Shown here: positions 52,465 to 64,000 of the stretch, one piece after another
Numbering within the stretch: the first letter of the stretch is position 1
Layout of the letters: each line of letters begins with the position of its first letter
Source of the DNA: Mobula hypostoma
Taxonomy: Eukaryota
Length of the DNA stretch: 64,000 nucleotides
Direction: 5' to 3'
NCBI RefSeq assembly: GCF_963921235.1
Contig: NC_086108.1
Span: 63,676,001-63,740,000, forward strand
Made by a program: the position numbers and the translations under genes
Notes under the pieces: generated by a model
Seen by the model: only the letters and a program-made list of their open reading frames with translations
Told to the model about the DNA's origin: nothing
Databases searched by the model: none

Positions 52465-55400
52465 TTTGGCCCATCAAGTCTGCTCTGCCATCTCATCATG
52501 ACCGATCCAATTTTGCTCTCAGCCCCAATCCCCTGTCTTTGTAATGTTTCGAAGCTCCTTTTAATATGGGAATCAGGAGTCCTTTTCTTTACAGCAGCCA
52601 GTGATAAACTCTGAGACCACTTAAGATAATGGTTGCAAACTATAACTACATTCCTTCATTGCTTCTGAGCAAGACTGCCTCATTTCCTTATGCGCATTGA
52701 ATCAGACTTGTTCCTATAAATCTACATTCTTCAAAACCGTGCATTGCTGAGAATACCAACATTGGATGAGGGCTTGAAGGTTTATATGAGATAGTTCCAT
52801 TGTAGTTGAATTTTTAGTCAAAGACAAAACATTTTTTATTAACAATATTATTTATTATTAGTTAGTAGCAAGTCCCGCAGCCTCGCTAGGAGTAAGGAAT
52901 GGACATTTGAAAACTATCCGGCAAACATATTAAAAATAGTGGGATCTGTGACATGAATATTTCATGTTTCCAGGGAGCTGGCACCAAGCAGTATTGCAGA
53001 ACTACAAATTTTATTTCTATTACTGTAGGCTTCGAGCCTCCCTTGAGGAAAGGCAAGCTTAAGGCTTCTCGTGGGTACTGCAGGAACATAAATAAAATGT
53101 GCCAGCTTGTCTAAGGTGGTCTCAGACCCACATGCTACTTTGTCATCAGTTTTCACTTTCATTTCCAACACTTGGTGGGAAGTTAAAGGGCCATATGTTC
53201 TGGGTAATGTTGCTAGATGCTAATATTCATTATTTATCTTAGGCTAATATTTCCTAGTGGGGCATGGCCCTAAAGATGATGAAGACCAATTGATTAAATG
53301 GCTGGAGATCTATGGCAATGAGAATGTGGTGGACTGTCTACAATGAATAAAACTCTTCTCAGGCTTCCAGCCAGGTACAGGTATCAATTATAACCAATGT
53401 TTCGATGACACACTCAGCCATCTTCATCAGGGATGACTATCTACTGTTCACCATTCCCCATGATCTTTTTGAATGAGGAGAATTAACTGCAAATGCCAGA
53501 AATGAGCACAAACCAACATTGGAACCAATTGGAAATATGAGGAGGTCTCATGTAGTCATTGGATGAAACGTTAAAAATAAACTTCAGTAAAAGTTTGAAC
53601 AGGACCAGTTGAATGCAGGAAAGGGGTTTCAGTAATTTCAGCTTTCATCCTTGTTCAAAACTCCTTCCAAATGTGAGTTTGCAAACATTACCTTACTATA
53701 AATATGATTATTTAATAATGGTTTTTTTATTGATCGAAACCATGCTTAATTTTAAACAGTAACATGGATGGAGTAAACAATGTGGGTATGAAGTGCAGAA
53801 GATATGAAATTGGGGTTGGTTGCAATTGGAAGCAGCTTATTAACATGACTAGGTTGTCATCATCATCTAATAACATCATTCATTCACATGAAAGTCTAAA
53901 CCAGCCACAGATGCAGGAAACTTGACATAATTTTTTTTTAAAGTTCAAGACAATAAACAGGTGAGACACATCTGTAATAAAGAAACAGAGTTAACCCTTC
54001 ATTAAAGTCAGAGAACAATTTAGCATATTTAATGGTAGCAATATAACCAACACAGGGATGCTCTGGTAATAGAATATCACTGTTACAGAGAATAGTTGTG
54101 TCTGATGGAAAGCCAGTGCAGAGTCAAGATCTAGATTGGTGTTGAATGTAAGTCTACTATTTAGCCTTTAATGAGAGTTAACCTTCTCTGTTGCAGTATC
54201 ATTGGCTGTGATGCTTATTGTGGATCTCAATGTCCAGTTCCTTCCAGAACCTGGCCTGGGACATCACAAGAGTCAGTCATGCACTTAAGGTAACTGAAGT
54301 TCATTCACTATCCTGCCCGCCGCTTCTCTGCCTCTCAGGCATCATCGTCAGCCGAGCCAATCATCATGTACATTTCTTGCTTACCCAAGGTGCATGAGAT
54401 CCCTCAAAATACCAGTTTGCTGCTGGGGTGTAAGATTGACATTCAGAGTCAGGTACTTGGGCATTCAGCTCGCTGCATGACGCTACATGAAGTAGTTAAA
54501 GTCTGCCCATAACTCTCCCAGGAATTGTGACCTTGTCACTTTAAACCATGTAATTGTGACGCTGTTGCTTTAAACAATGCTTGTGGACATACAATGAAAA
54601 ATGAAATTGAGGAGGATAGATTATTGGGAGGCAAATGAAAGAATGTTCAGTTGAAAGGATTAACTGGTGAACAAGTTAGTGCTAAAGGGAAGCCATCTGG
54701 TTGTAAGTCAGTTGTTGTAGTATGCTACAGATTGGTGTTGGAACCGATGTAATTTATCATTTCAATAAATTACCTCAAGCTGCAGGCAGTTCAAAGGTGT
54801 CTATATTTTCAGATGACAGCAAAACAGCAGCAATGACAAATGATGAGCAATAGTGTGCACAAATTCAGAAGCATCTATAAATTTTGGGTGAAAAGGGTAA
54901 TGCAGTGAATGCCATTTTTTTCCTTCCATCAGATATAAAATTGTGTGATTACCAAAAAAGGATAAAATAGGAGACACATTTACTAGAAACATATCAAAAG
55001 ACCTTGGAATCTTGACAGATTGATTACTAGCACCAGTAGCCTGAAGTTTCCAGGTGCTAAAGCTAATAAATAAAATGGTGAACTGCATTAAAAAAAGGAT
55101 AATATTTTAATCAAAGTCTGTCAGTGTAATTGCTGTGAACAGTGTAGTGTGTTGTTAAATATTATATTTAATATGGTGAGTTCCTACAGAAAGGAAGGGT
55201 AAAGATTGTCTAGTCAGGACAATAGTCATACATACTGTAGGTATACTGTAGTGCATGCAGGATAATATCATTTCTCATATATAAAGTGTAAAGCATCTCA
55301 GTTGTCTTTTTTGAAGTGGTGTGCAATATTACAAAATGTGTGTGTATTTTATAGGAATAATAGTAGAGTGATGGAGGGGTAAAGTTGTTGCCTCTCGGCT

Positions 55401-55699
55401 CCAGTGACTAAGGGTCAATTTTTCCTCTGATTTTGCCTGCAGAGAGTCTGCAGTCCTCTCACAGCACTGTTTCCTCCAGCATTCCAAAGATTTGGGAGTT
55501 GGTAGGTTGTTTCAATGTGTTCCAGAATCTAGGAATTAATGGGAATGTAGAAAGAATGAAATGGGATTAGTATAAATGGTGCTGGATGGTTGACACGGAC
55601 TCAATGGACTGTAGGACCTTTGCCCGACACAATTTTAACAAATCAATGCAAGATTGCATATCTCTAGATGATGGAGAGCAATTCAAGATTTGACGTATA

Positions 55700-56012
55700 C
55701 TCTGAACTGCCGCTCACTGGATGTTTTGTATTTGCTGTCAACTCTAGAGACTATTGTGCATGAAAATCCCGGGAGATCAGCAGTTTCTGAGACACTCAAA
55801 CCACCCCATCTGGCACGAACAACCATTTCTTGGTCAGAGTCATTTCGATTACATTCCTTCCACGTCCTGATGTTTGGTCTGAACAACAACTGAACCTCTT
55901 GATCATGCCCGCATGCTTTTATGCATTGAGTTGCTGCCAGGTGATTAACTGACTAGATATTTGCATTAACGAGGTGTAGAGTTGTACCTAATAAAAGTAC
56001 ACTGACTGTGTA
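55700..56012 (-). mobile_element. Tc1-like non-autonomous remnant (TIR and transposase N-terminus)
   Basis: MVVRARWGGLSVSETADLPGFSCTIVSRV, an HTH-like peptide; TIR-like end near 55984-56012. Confidence 0.75.
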
Positions 56013-56669
56013 TTCAACTGAAAAGTTTACTATGTGAATGAGTTTATTTAAGGTTTAGGTCTTCAAGTGGTTTAAAATTCCCCAAGGAGTTCCACCTTTT
56101 TCTGTTGTGATAGTTAATGCATTCCAAGCTGTGAAAACAGCAGTTCAGGTTAACTGTCAAGCAGACAGATAATCACTGAGAATTATGACCAGCTCTTAAA
56201 TAACTGCATATATGGTTAGTGCGTTACTTTACATAGATTCAAGTGCTGCAAGCCATGAAGTAATTAGGTTAACGTGAACAGAAGATTTAGTTCAAGTGGA
56301 GTGAGGCAAGTTTCATAGTCATTTGCTTTCCTGCTTGGGATAGTGAAGCAGTTTTTACAACTCCATTGCCATTCTCTCATATTAGTCTACTGAAGATCAT
56401 AGCAGGATTTGAGAACCTGACTGTTGGTCAGGTACAATATTAACCAAGTTACGTTAATTATGGTTTATGCTCTTCTCCAGTTTTTTTTAGGCAGTACCTA
56501 CCAAATCTTATTACACACCATTTCTTGTACTATTTTTGATGATTGATTATCTGTCTAAAATGTTAATTTTCAAAAGGAGTAAATATGAGGAATATCTATT
56601 CAGAGAATCTTAGGTTTGAGCTGGAATAGCATTTATTTGTTCCTTCATTGATACACAGGTACTTATATT

Positions 56670-57010
56670 TAGATTAGATTATGAGGACGCACAGTCCTCT
56701 TTTATCATCATTTAGTAATGCATGCATTAAGAAATGATACAATGTTTTTCCAGAATGATATCACAGAAAACACATGACAAACCAAGACTGAAAAACTGAC
56801 AAAAACCATAACATATAGTTACAACAGTGCAAACCATACCGTAATTTGATAAGAACAGACCATGGCATGGTAAAATCTCAAAGTCTCTCGAAAGTCCCTT
56901 CATTTCACGCAGATGGTAAACCTCCAGTGCTGCAAACTTGCCGATGCAGCATCCCGGAAGCATCCGACCACATTCTGACTCCAAGTCCGTCCGAAAACTC
57001 TGAGCTTCTG
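56670..57010 (-). mobile_element. LINE/SINE 3' end (Rex/L2-type tail)
   Basis: (AATCT)n tail preceded by AATGATGATAAAAGAGG on the minus strand. Confidence 0.5.
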
Positions 57011-58378
57011 CTCCCTCATTAATTTTAACAATTAATGGTATTGGGTTCAATTTATTAAATTTTACATACTTGAGGAGTGGATGAGGGAAAAGCTGTTTTT
57101 GGCTTGTGTCAGTGTCCTCCTGCAGGACGCTCTGTATAGCCAGGTGACTCGCAACATGCTGCCAGCCCTGGTGGGATGACTAATCCATCTGCTGGCAGGT
57201 CATATTTCTGTGAGCCAAGGGCCAGATGGAGTTTGAAGGGCCTTAATGGAGTAGCAAGCATGGTCTCCTGTATTCAAATGGGATTACCAAATTGTGTTTT
57301 AAACTTTATTTCAAAAAATGTGTAAATTAATTTAAAGAAACACGTGAATGTGGACTTTACATAAAATTGACTTTGAATTTTTAAAACACTACTTACATGC
57401 TCTTGAACAATTTCTAAATGTATGATGACTGGAGACCTTTAGAAAAAGTGGTAAGTCAACATAATGGTCAGAGTGTAGGGCCTGAGGTTCTATCACTTGC
57501 AGCCTAGTCACCAATAGTGACTCCGGGGTCTAGAATGGGAGATCAGGTGTGTTGGTCTCGGACCTCCAGCATATCTTGTACATCTGCATGGCAATGCACC
57601 GGTGCAAGAGTTTAAACTGCACCTGATGTGAATATTGCCATTGGTTAGCTGTTCTCCATGGAACAGATGATCCATCCAGATAACAAACAGTTTTGGTGCT
57701 CGAGACGTGTGAAAAGTTGAAAATTATGTTTAATGTATCCTAAGTGGCCCTTTTTGTCCACTGCCGTTTATTTAGAATGTGCACAGCTTGCTGAAACTTA
57801 TTTTTCCAATATAAATCATAATAAAAATAAAATAAAACTGCTGGAAACCCTCAGGTCAGACAGCATCTATGGAAAGAGAAATAGCTAACTGGGAAAGAGA
57901 GAAAACAAGATAGTTTCCATTTTAGAGCAGGTGGTGGAAGAGTTAGCTTAGAGCAAAGAGAATAACTGATACTACAAGACCCCAATGACTTAAACTGGCA
58001 GGTGGAAGCACATTATGATTTTTATCTGCATCATGTGTTACTAATAGCAAAACCATTGGATATGCTTGGCAGATCAAATCAGCAAGAGAAAACTGAGCCA
58101 AAATGATGATAGACAGAAATCCCCAGTTCTAATACAGACAAAGGGAAAGTGAGTTACATACAGTTAGAGATTCAATTTTGAGTATGGAAAAAAGATGAGA
58201 TGTTGTTATTCAGTCTTGAGTTTACTCTAGTTTTAATAACACAGGAGGCCACAGACAGGACAAACTGGGAGTGGGATAGGTAGGCAGGAAACTGGAAGTA
58301 GCAAGTCTAATACATGCAACACACATCAAAGTTGCTGGTGAACGCAGCAGGCCAGGCAGCATCTGTAGGAAGAGGTGC

Positions 58379-58414
58379 AGTCGACGTTTCAGGCCGAGAC
58401 CCTTCGTCAGGACT
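58379..58414 (-). ncRNA. Minimal hammerhead ribozyme motif (PLE)
   Basis: Reverse complement is identical to 4586-4621. Confidence 0.8.
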
Positions 58415-59075
58415 AACTGAAGGAAGAGTGAGTAAGGGATTTGAAAGTTGGAGGGGGAGGGGGAGATCCAAAATGATAGGAGAAGACAGGAGGGGGAGGG
58501 ATAGAGCCAAGAGCTGGACGGGTGATAGGCAAAAGGGGATACGAGAGGATCATGGGACCGCTTTGCTGAACATCTACACTCTGTCCGCCAGAGAAAGCAG
58601 GATCTCCCAGTGGCCACACATTTTAATTCCACATCCCATTCCCATTCTGACATATCTATCCACGGCCTCCTCTACTGTAAAGATGAAGCCACACTCAGGT
58701 TGGAGGAACAACACCTTATATTCCGTCTGGATAGCCTCCAACCTGATGGCATGAACATCGACTTCTCTAACTTCCGCTAAGGCCCCACCTCCCCCTCGTA
58801 CCCCATCTGTTACTTATTTTTATGCACACATTCTTTCTCTCATTCTCCTTTTTCTCCCTCTGTCCCTCTGAATATACCTCTTGTCCATTCTCTGGGTCCC
58901 CCCCCCCCCCGACTTTCTTCCCGGACCTCCTGTCCCATGATCCTCTCGTATCCCCTTTTGTCTATCACCTGTCCAGCTCTTGGCTCCATCCCTCCCCCTC
59001 CTGTCTTCTCCTATCATTTTGGATCTCCCCCTCCCCTTCCAACTTTCAAATTCCTTACTCACTCTTCCTTCAGTT

Positions 59076-59111
59076 AGTCCTGACGAAGGGTCTCAGCCTG
59101 AAACGTCGACT
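59076..59111 (+). ncRNA. Minimal hammerhead ribozyme motif (PLE)
   Basis: AGTC-CTGACGA-AGGGTCTCAGCCT-GAAA-CGTC-GACT. Confidence 0.8.
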
Positions 59112-60062
59112 GCACCTCTTCCTACAGATGCTGCCTGGCCTGCTGCGTTCACCAGCAACTTTGATGTGTGTTGCTTGAATTTCCAGCATCTGCAGAATTC
59201 CTGTTGTTTAAGTCTAATACATCTATCAGTAACAAGGATGGCAAAATGCATCCCTGTAATAGTAGATTTACATTGCAGCTGCTTTGAAACTTAGCAGGAT
59301 ATGAATCAAAGCGAAGTCTGTAAATGGAGCAAATCAAAGTAATTTGAAGCATGTTAATTGTTAACTCTCTTTTTGTACAGTGTGAGCCCCACAGAGATTT
59401 CAAATTCATGGCATAAAAATTCATGCTTTCTTGACTATGATCAGTGAAATAATCTAAGGCTAGAAACATCACACAGCAGGCCACAACAGCATTTATCTAT
59501 ATAATGGAAGTTTAATTGCACTTGTCACATCATTTAGTTTACAATTTGACATTAGTTGTGGAGCCTAAAAGATAACAAGGGTTTATAAAACATTTATAAG
59601 TTGCATAGATTTATGTATGACTGGTTTAAAAACTATTGACAGTATTATTCTAAAATATCTTATTGCACACAAAACACTGAATAGCACACAGAAATTAAAG
59701 CAGAAAATATTGGGAATACTCAGCAGGTCAGGCAGCATCTGTGGAAGATGAAACAGTTTATGGTTTAGGTTGACAAATTATTAAAGATGAAGAGTCTTCA
59801 GCCTGAAATATTGACATTTCATCTTTCTGTAGATGCTCCCTTACCTGAGTTTTTTCTAGCATTTTCTACTTTAGAGTCATAGAACACTACAACACAGAAA
59901 CAAGCCCTTCAGCCTTCTCATCCATGCCAAACTACTAATCCGACTAGTCCCTTCAAATGCACGCAGATCATAGTCCTTCATGCTCTTCACATTCATGTGC
60001 CTATCCAAACTTCCTTCAAATCTTGAAATTGAACCCGCAATCGCCACTTCTGCTGGCAGCTT

Positions 60063-61813
60063 AATGCTAGGTGGATTCTTAAGGGGCTGGAAAGGTTGAT
60101 GAGGTGGGCAAGGATATCATTTAAGCCTGCAAAATCAAGATCTGTAGTTCTGAAGAAGGGGTGAGTACAGGAGAAATTTTGTTTCTCTATTGAGGACATT
60201 CCAATTCCTACCATCACAGAGAACCCTGTTAAAAGTCTTGGGAAGATTGTTGATGCAACATTCAGAGATAAGGCGGCAATAAGAAACACCTGTGGGGAGT
60301 TTGAATAATGGTTGCAAAAGGTTGACAGGACCGGCCTTCCAGGGCGGTTTAAGGCATGGATTTACCAGCACGGTTTACTACCAAGAATCCTCTGGCCCCT
60401 GCTTCTCCATGAGTTTCCAATTTCCACTGTTGCTGAATTAGAGAGGGTAGTCAGCCGGTTCCTGTGAAGATGGCTGTGTTTACCAAGGAACATCAGCAGC
60501 ATCGCTCTATATGAGAATAACTGCAAACTGAGACTCCCCCTGAAATCCATCCAAGAGGAGTTCAAGGTTTTGCGAGCAAGAGAGGTGCTGCAGTTCTGGG
60601 AATCTTCAGATCCAAAGGTTGCCCGAGCAAGAGTGGCAGTGAGAACTGGAAGAAAGTGGAGACCAGTGGCTGCAGTTGAAGAAGCTGAGGTGAGACTGCG
60701 CCACAAAGTGCTGTTGGGGGGCAGCTGCCAAGGGAAGAGTGGGATTTGGAAGCCTTGAAGTCCCCCATTTTGACAAAGTGCAAGGGAAAGAGTGATGAGA
60801 ACTGGTCCAGAATGAAGTAAGGGCAGCTGTGGAGGAGGAGAGGACCAGCAGAGCAGTGGCAATGAAACAGCAAGGAGCCTGGACCAAATGGGAGCAGGTG
60901 ATCGAGCAAAAGATCATGTGGAACGATCTCTGGAAGGTGGATCCACACTGCATCAAGTTCCTTATCCAGGCAGTTTATGACATCCTTCCTAACCCATCCA
61001 ACCTGCACTGCTGGGGCCCTGCAGAACGACCAGCTTGTCCCCTCTGTGAGAAGACTGGTACGCTAGAGCATCTTCTGAGCTGCTGCCCCAGAGCTCTTGC
61101 CAATGGCCGTTATCGGTGGTGGCATGATCAGGTCCTCCAGACAAATGCTGAGACAATCAGCAGCACCCTTAACATCTGCCAGAAAACAAGTCCAGTCAAG
61201 AATATCATCTGCTTTGTCAAAGAGGGGGAAAGACCAACAGAACACCAGAAAGCAATAGGGTTGCTCTTTGCTGCGCAGGACTGGAAGCTAAAAGCAGACC
61301 TGGGAGAACAGCTGCAGTTTCCTCCCCACATCACAGAGACTACATTGTGTTGTGATCCGACTCATCGAAGCATGTTCTTATGCTTGAGTTTACCGTGCCA
61401 TGGGAAGAATGCATGGAGGAGGCCTACGAACGGAAAAGAGCCAAGTATGAAGCTCTGAAGAACAACTGCCAAAGAAGAGGCTGGAGAGCAAAGTGTTGGC
61501 CTGTGGAGGTTGGGTGCTGTGGCTTTGCAGGTCAGTCGCTCTGCAAAGAATACAATGCACTTGGAATCGTGGGAGAGAGAAGGAGAGCCATTTCTACCAC
61601 CACAGATGCAGCAGAGAAAGTGTCAAGGTGGCTCTGGATAAAGAGGGCAGATCCGTGGGCTGCTGCTAGGGCACAGGCCGTGGTCTGATCAACCCCGGCT
61701 GGGTCGCCTGGGCGAGGGTGTATGATGTTGAAAGACCCGAAATACCTGACGACCCCAGGTAACATCACTGATGATGTGCCCTAGCTTAGCATCATGCAGA
61801 TGTTTCTTTAAGA
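60063..61813 (+). mobile_element. 5'-truncated Hero (R2-group, restriction-like endonuclease) non-LTR retrotransposon, decayed
   Basis: WIYQHGLLPRILWPL, RTGRKW, QQGAWTKWE, CCHC finger CPLC...HLLSCC, RWWHDQVL, LEFTVPWEE...KRAKY and PVEVGCCGF; ORF stop at 61688. Confidence 0.9.
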
Positions 61814-62830
61814 ACATTTCCTCTTTCTGTGGATGCTTCCTGACCTGAGATTTTCCTAACATTTTCTGCTTTAGAGTCATAGAACACTACCAAACAGAAA
61901 CAAGCCCTTCAGCCTTCTAGTCCATGCTAAACTATTAATCCGACTAGTCCCTTCAAATGCACACAGATCATAGTCCTTCATACTCTTCACATTCATGTGC
62001 CTATCCAAACTTCCTTCAAATGCTGAAATTAAATCCACAATTTCCACTTCTGCGGGCAGCTTGTTCTACACCCTCACCACCCTCTGCGTGAAGTTTTTCC
62101 CCCATATGTTCCCCTTAAACATTTCACCTTTCACCCTTAACCCATGAGCTCTAATTTCAGTGTCACTCAACCTGAGTGCTTCTATTTACCTTATCTATAC
62201 CATTCATAATGTTGTATTCCTCTATCAACTTTCCTCCCAATCTTCTACATTCTAGAGAATAAAGTTCTAACCTATTCAACCTTTCCCTATTACTCAAGTC
62301 CTCAAGTCTTTGCAGCATCCTTGTAATTTTTCTCTGCACTTTTTCAATCTTATTCATACATTTCTTGTGGGTAGGTGACCAGATATGCACACAATACCCC
62401 AAATTAGGCCTTACCAATATCTTATACAACTTCAACATAACATCCCATCTCCCGTACTCAATATTTGATTTATAAAGGCCAATGTGCCAAAAGCTCTCTT
62501 TGTGGTCTTATTACCTGTGATGCCACTTTCAAGGAATCATGGATTTATGTTCCCAGATCCCACTGTTCCACCGCACTCCTCCATGCCCTACTGCTCACCG
62601 TACAAGTCCAACCTTGATTTGTCCTCCCAAACTGCTTCACCTCACACTTGTCTGCACTAAATTCCATCTGCCAGTTTTCAGGCCATTTTCCCAGCTGGTC
62701 CATCCTGCTGCAAGGACTAATAGCCTTCCTCTCTGTCCACTACACCCTCAGTCTTGGTGTTATCTGCAAACTTGCTGTTCCAGTTAACTACATTATCATC
62801 CAGGTCATTGACATAGATGACAAACAACAA
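61814..62830 (-). mobile_element. CR1 3' fragment (its first 249 bp duplicate 59814-60062)
   Basis: LYKILVRPNLGYC and SKFADNTK peptides; direct alignment of the two copies. Confidence 0.85.
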
Positions 62831-63769
62831 GAGATGAGAGGACAATGGGCTGGGAATGCTTATCACTGCAGTTCTCAAGACTACTTGATTTTTAATCCAT
62901 ATTTCCAATATTTCCTTGATTTTTTAAAAGTTTCATGCTAATCTGATATGAGCACAGTTTTACAGCAGCATGGCATCTAAGAATTTTCAAAGAATAGTTA
63001 AGCTATGAATTGCTTATTTAGGCTAACGTTGATTCTAACTATTACTAATTAGAACTAAGTGAACAGGAGTTTTACAGTTTTGAAAAATTAAGTCTTTCAT
63101 TCATGGAAGTTACATATTTGTTTGGATACTGCCATCGTTGGATTACACTGTTTAATTTTTATTTAAGCTGCAGTTTAACAATTCATTGCCTGCTGGTATT
63201 TCATATAACTACATTTATACACATAACTGTTTAGTATGTTTCCTGGTAGTCAAAGTATGTATATATAATTGTGTAATGAGTCTCCTAGTGCTTATATTTG
63301 TATGATTCTGGAAACATCTTTGGTGCTACATTATTTGAATAGGGGGTATCTGATTGGTTAACTCTTATTAACAAATTTGAATGTAATTTCTCTTACCTAT
63401 GGTATAAGGAAAACAGAACACATTGGCTGACTATCTTTTCTTTAACTCTTTTTTCTTAGCTACTGAATTTTTTTGACTCTATGTCTCTGATTCTCTTTGA
63501 TCTGTTAGCCCTTAATGAAACAATTGTGAAGCAACAAGTTTGGTGCCACTTTCTTGACTTCCAAAAGAATCTTGGATCAAAAACATCAGAATCCACAATG
63601 TGCTTGGCTAGAGTATGAGAAATGTTTGCAAGTAGCTGTAAAATTGATTGCTATACAGGAGCCAAGGCATTACCATACACAGAATGGAATCCAAGTTCTG
63701 GTTTAGAAAGAATGAAGTCCTTCAGATGGAACTTACTTATTGGAAGATCAAAAGCATTGTGTTGATAGT

Positions 63770-64000
63770 AACACACACAAAATACTGGAGGAACTCAACA
63801 GGCCAGGCAGCATCTGTGGAAAAGAGCAAACAGTTGATGCTTCAAGCCGAGACCATTCTTCACGATTGGAAAGGTTGATGAGAAGTCAGAGTAAGAAGGT
63901 GGAGGGAGGGGAGAAAGAAGTGCAAGGTGGCAGGTGATGGTGAAACTGGGAGAGGGGTGGGGGTGAAGTAAAGAGCTGGGAAATGGATTGGTGAAAGAGA
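63770..64000 (-). mobile_element. PLE pseudo-LTR, running off the window end
   Basis: Similar to 28500-28740; decayed hammerhead motif at about 63832-63867. Confidence 0.85.

Larger units (their letters stand above)
58316..59209 (+). mobile_element. Young truncated PLE with inverted 5' pseudo-LTR
   Basis: Inverted pLTR at 58316-58557, then the GIY-YIG C-terminus (HLIFRLDSLQPDGMNIDFSNFR*) and a direct pLTR. 13-bp TSD AAGTCTAATACAT at 58303-58315 and 59210-59222. Confidence 0.95.

Noticed and set aside
57500..57660. Minus-strand QFKLLHR peptide reminiscent of an L1/Tx1 C-terminus
   Set aside because: Too short, with no supporting flanking similarity.
59814..62062. Exact 2000-bp offset of the duplication as an assembly artefact
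   Set aside because: The copies differ at about 10% of sites and bracket a real element, so the round number is probably coincidence.

Overview
Eukaryotic, repeat-dominated vertebrate DNA, inferred from its repeat content (abundant CR1 LINEs, Neptune-type Penelope-like elements, V-domain SINEs, Rex1-like LINEs) to come from a cartilaginous fish. The only host gene I can support is the 3' end of a CYP2-family cytochrome P450 on the + strand: exons 7-9 at 8703-8887, 13955-14096 and 15654-15829, with a poly(A) signal at 15968. Its heme signature is atypical (FSGGKRNCME, Glu in place of the usual Gly). Most of the rest is nested transposable elements: many CR1s, several Penelope-like elements (PLEs), a 3'-truncated Ty3/gypsy element, a full-length Tc1 with long TIRs, a Hero/R2-like non-LTR element, and SINEs. 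The most interesting signals are RNA structures. (1) The Hero 3' UTR (61701-61780) holds all hammerhead core motifs in a non-canonical strand order, joined by two pseudoknots. (2) The PLE pseudo-LTRs carry recurrent minimal hammerhead motifs, and a second motif family occurs twice. (3) The gypsy primer-binding position is perfectly complementary (16 nt) to the element's own LTR poly(A)-signal region rather than showing a tRNA-type TGG start. Family assignments rest on motif recognition; no database searches were run.
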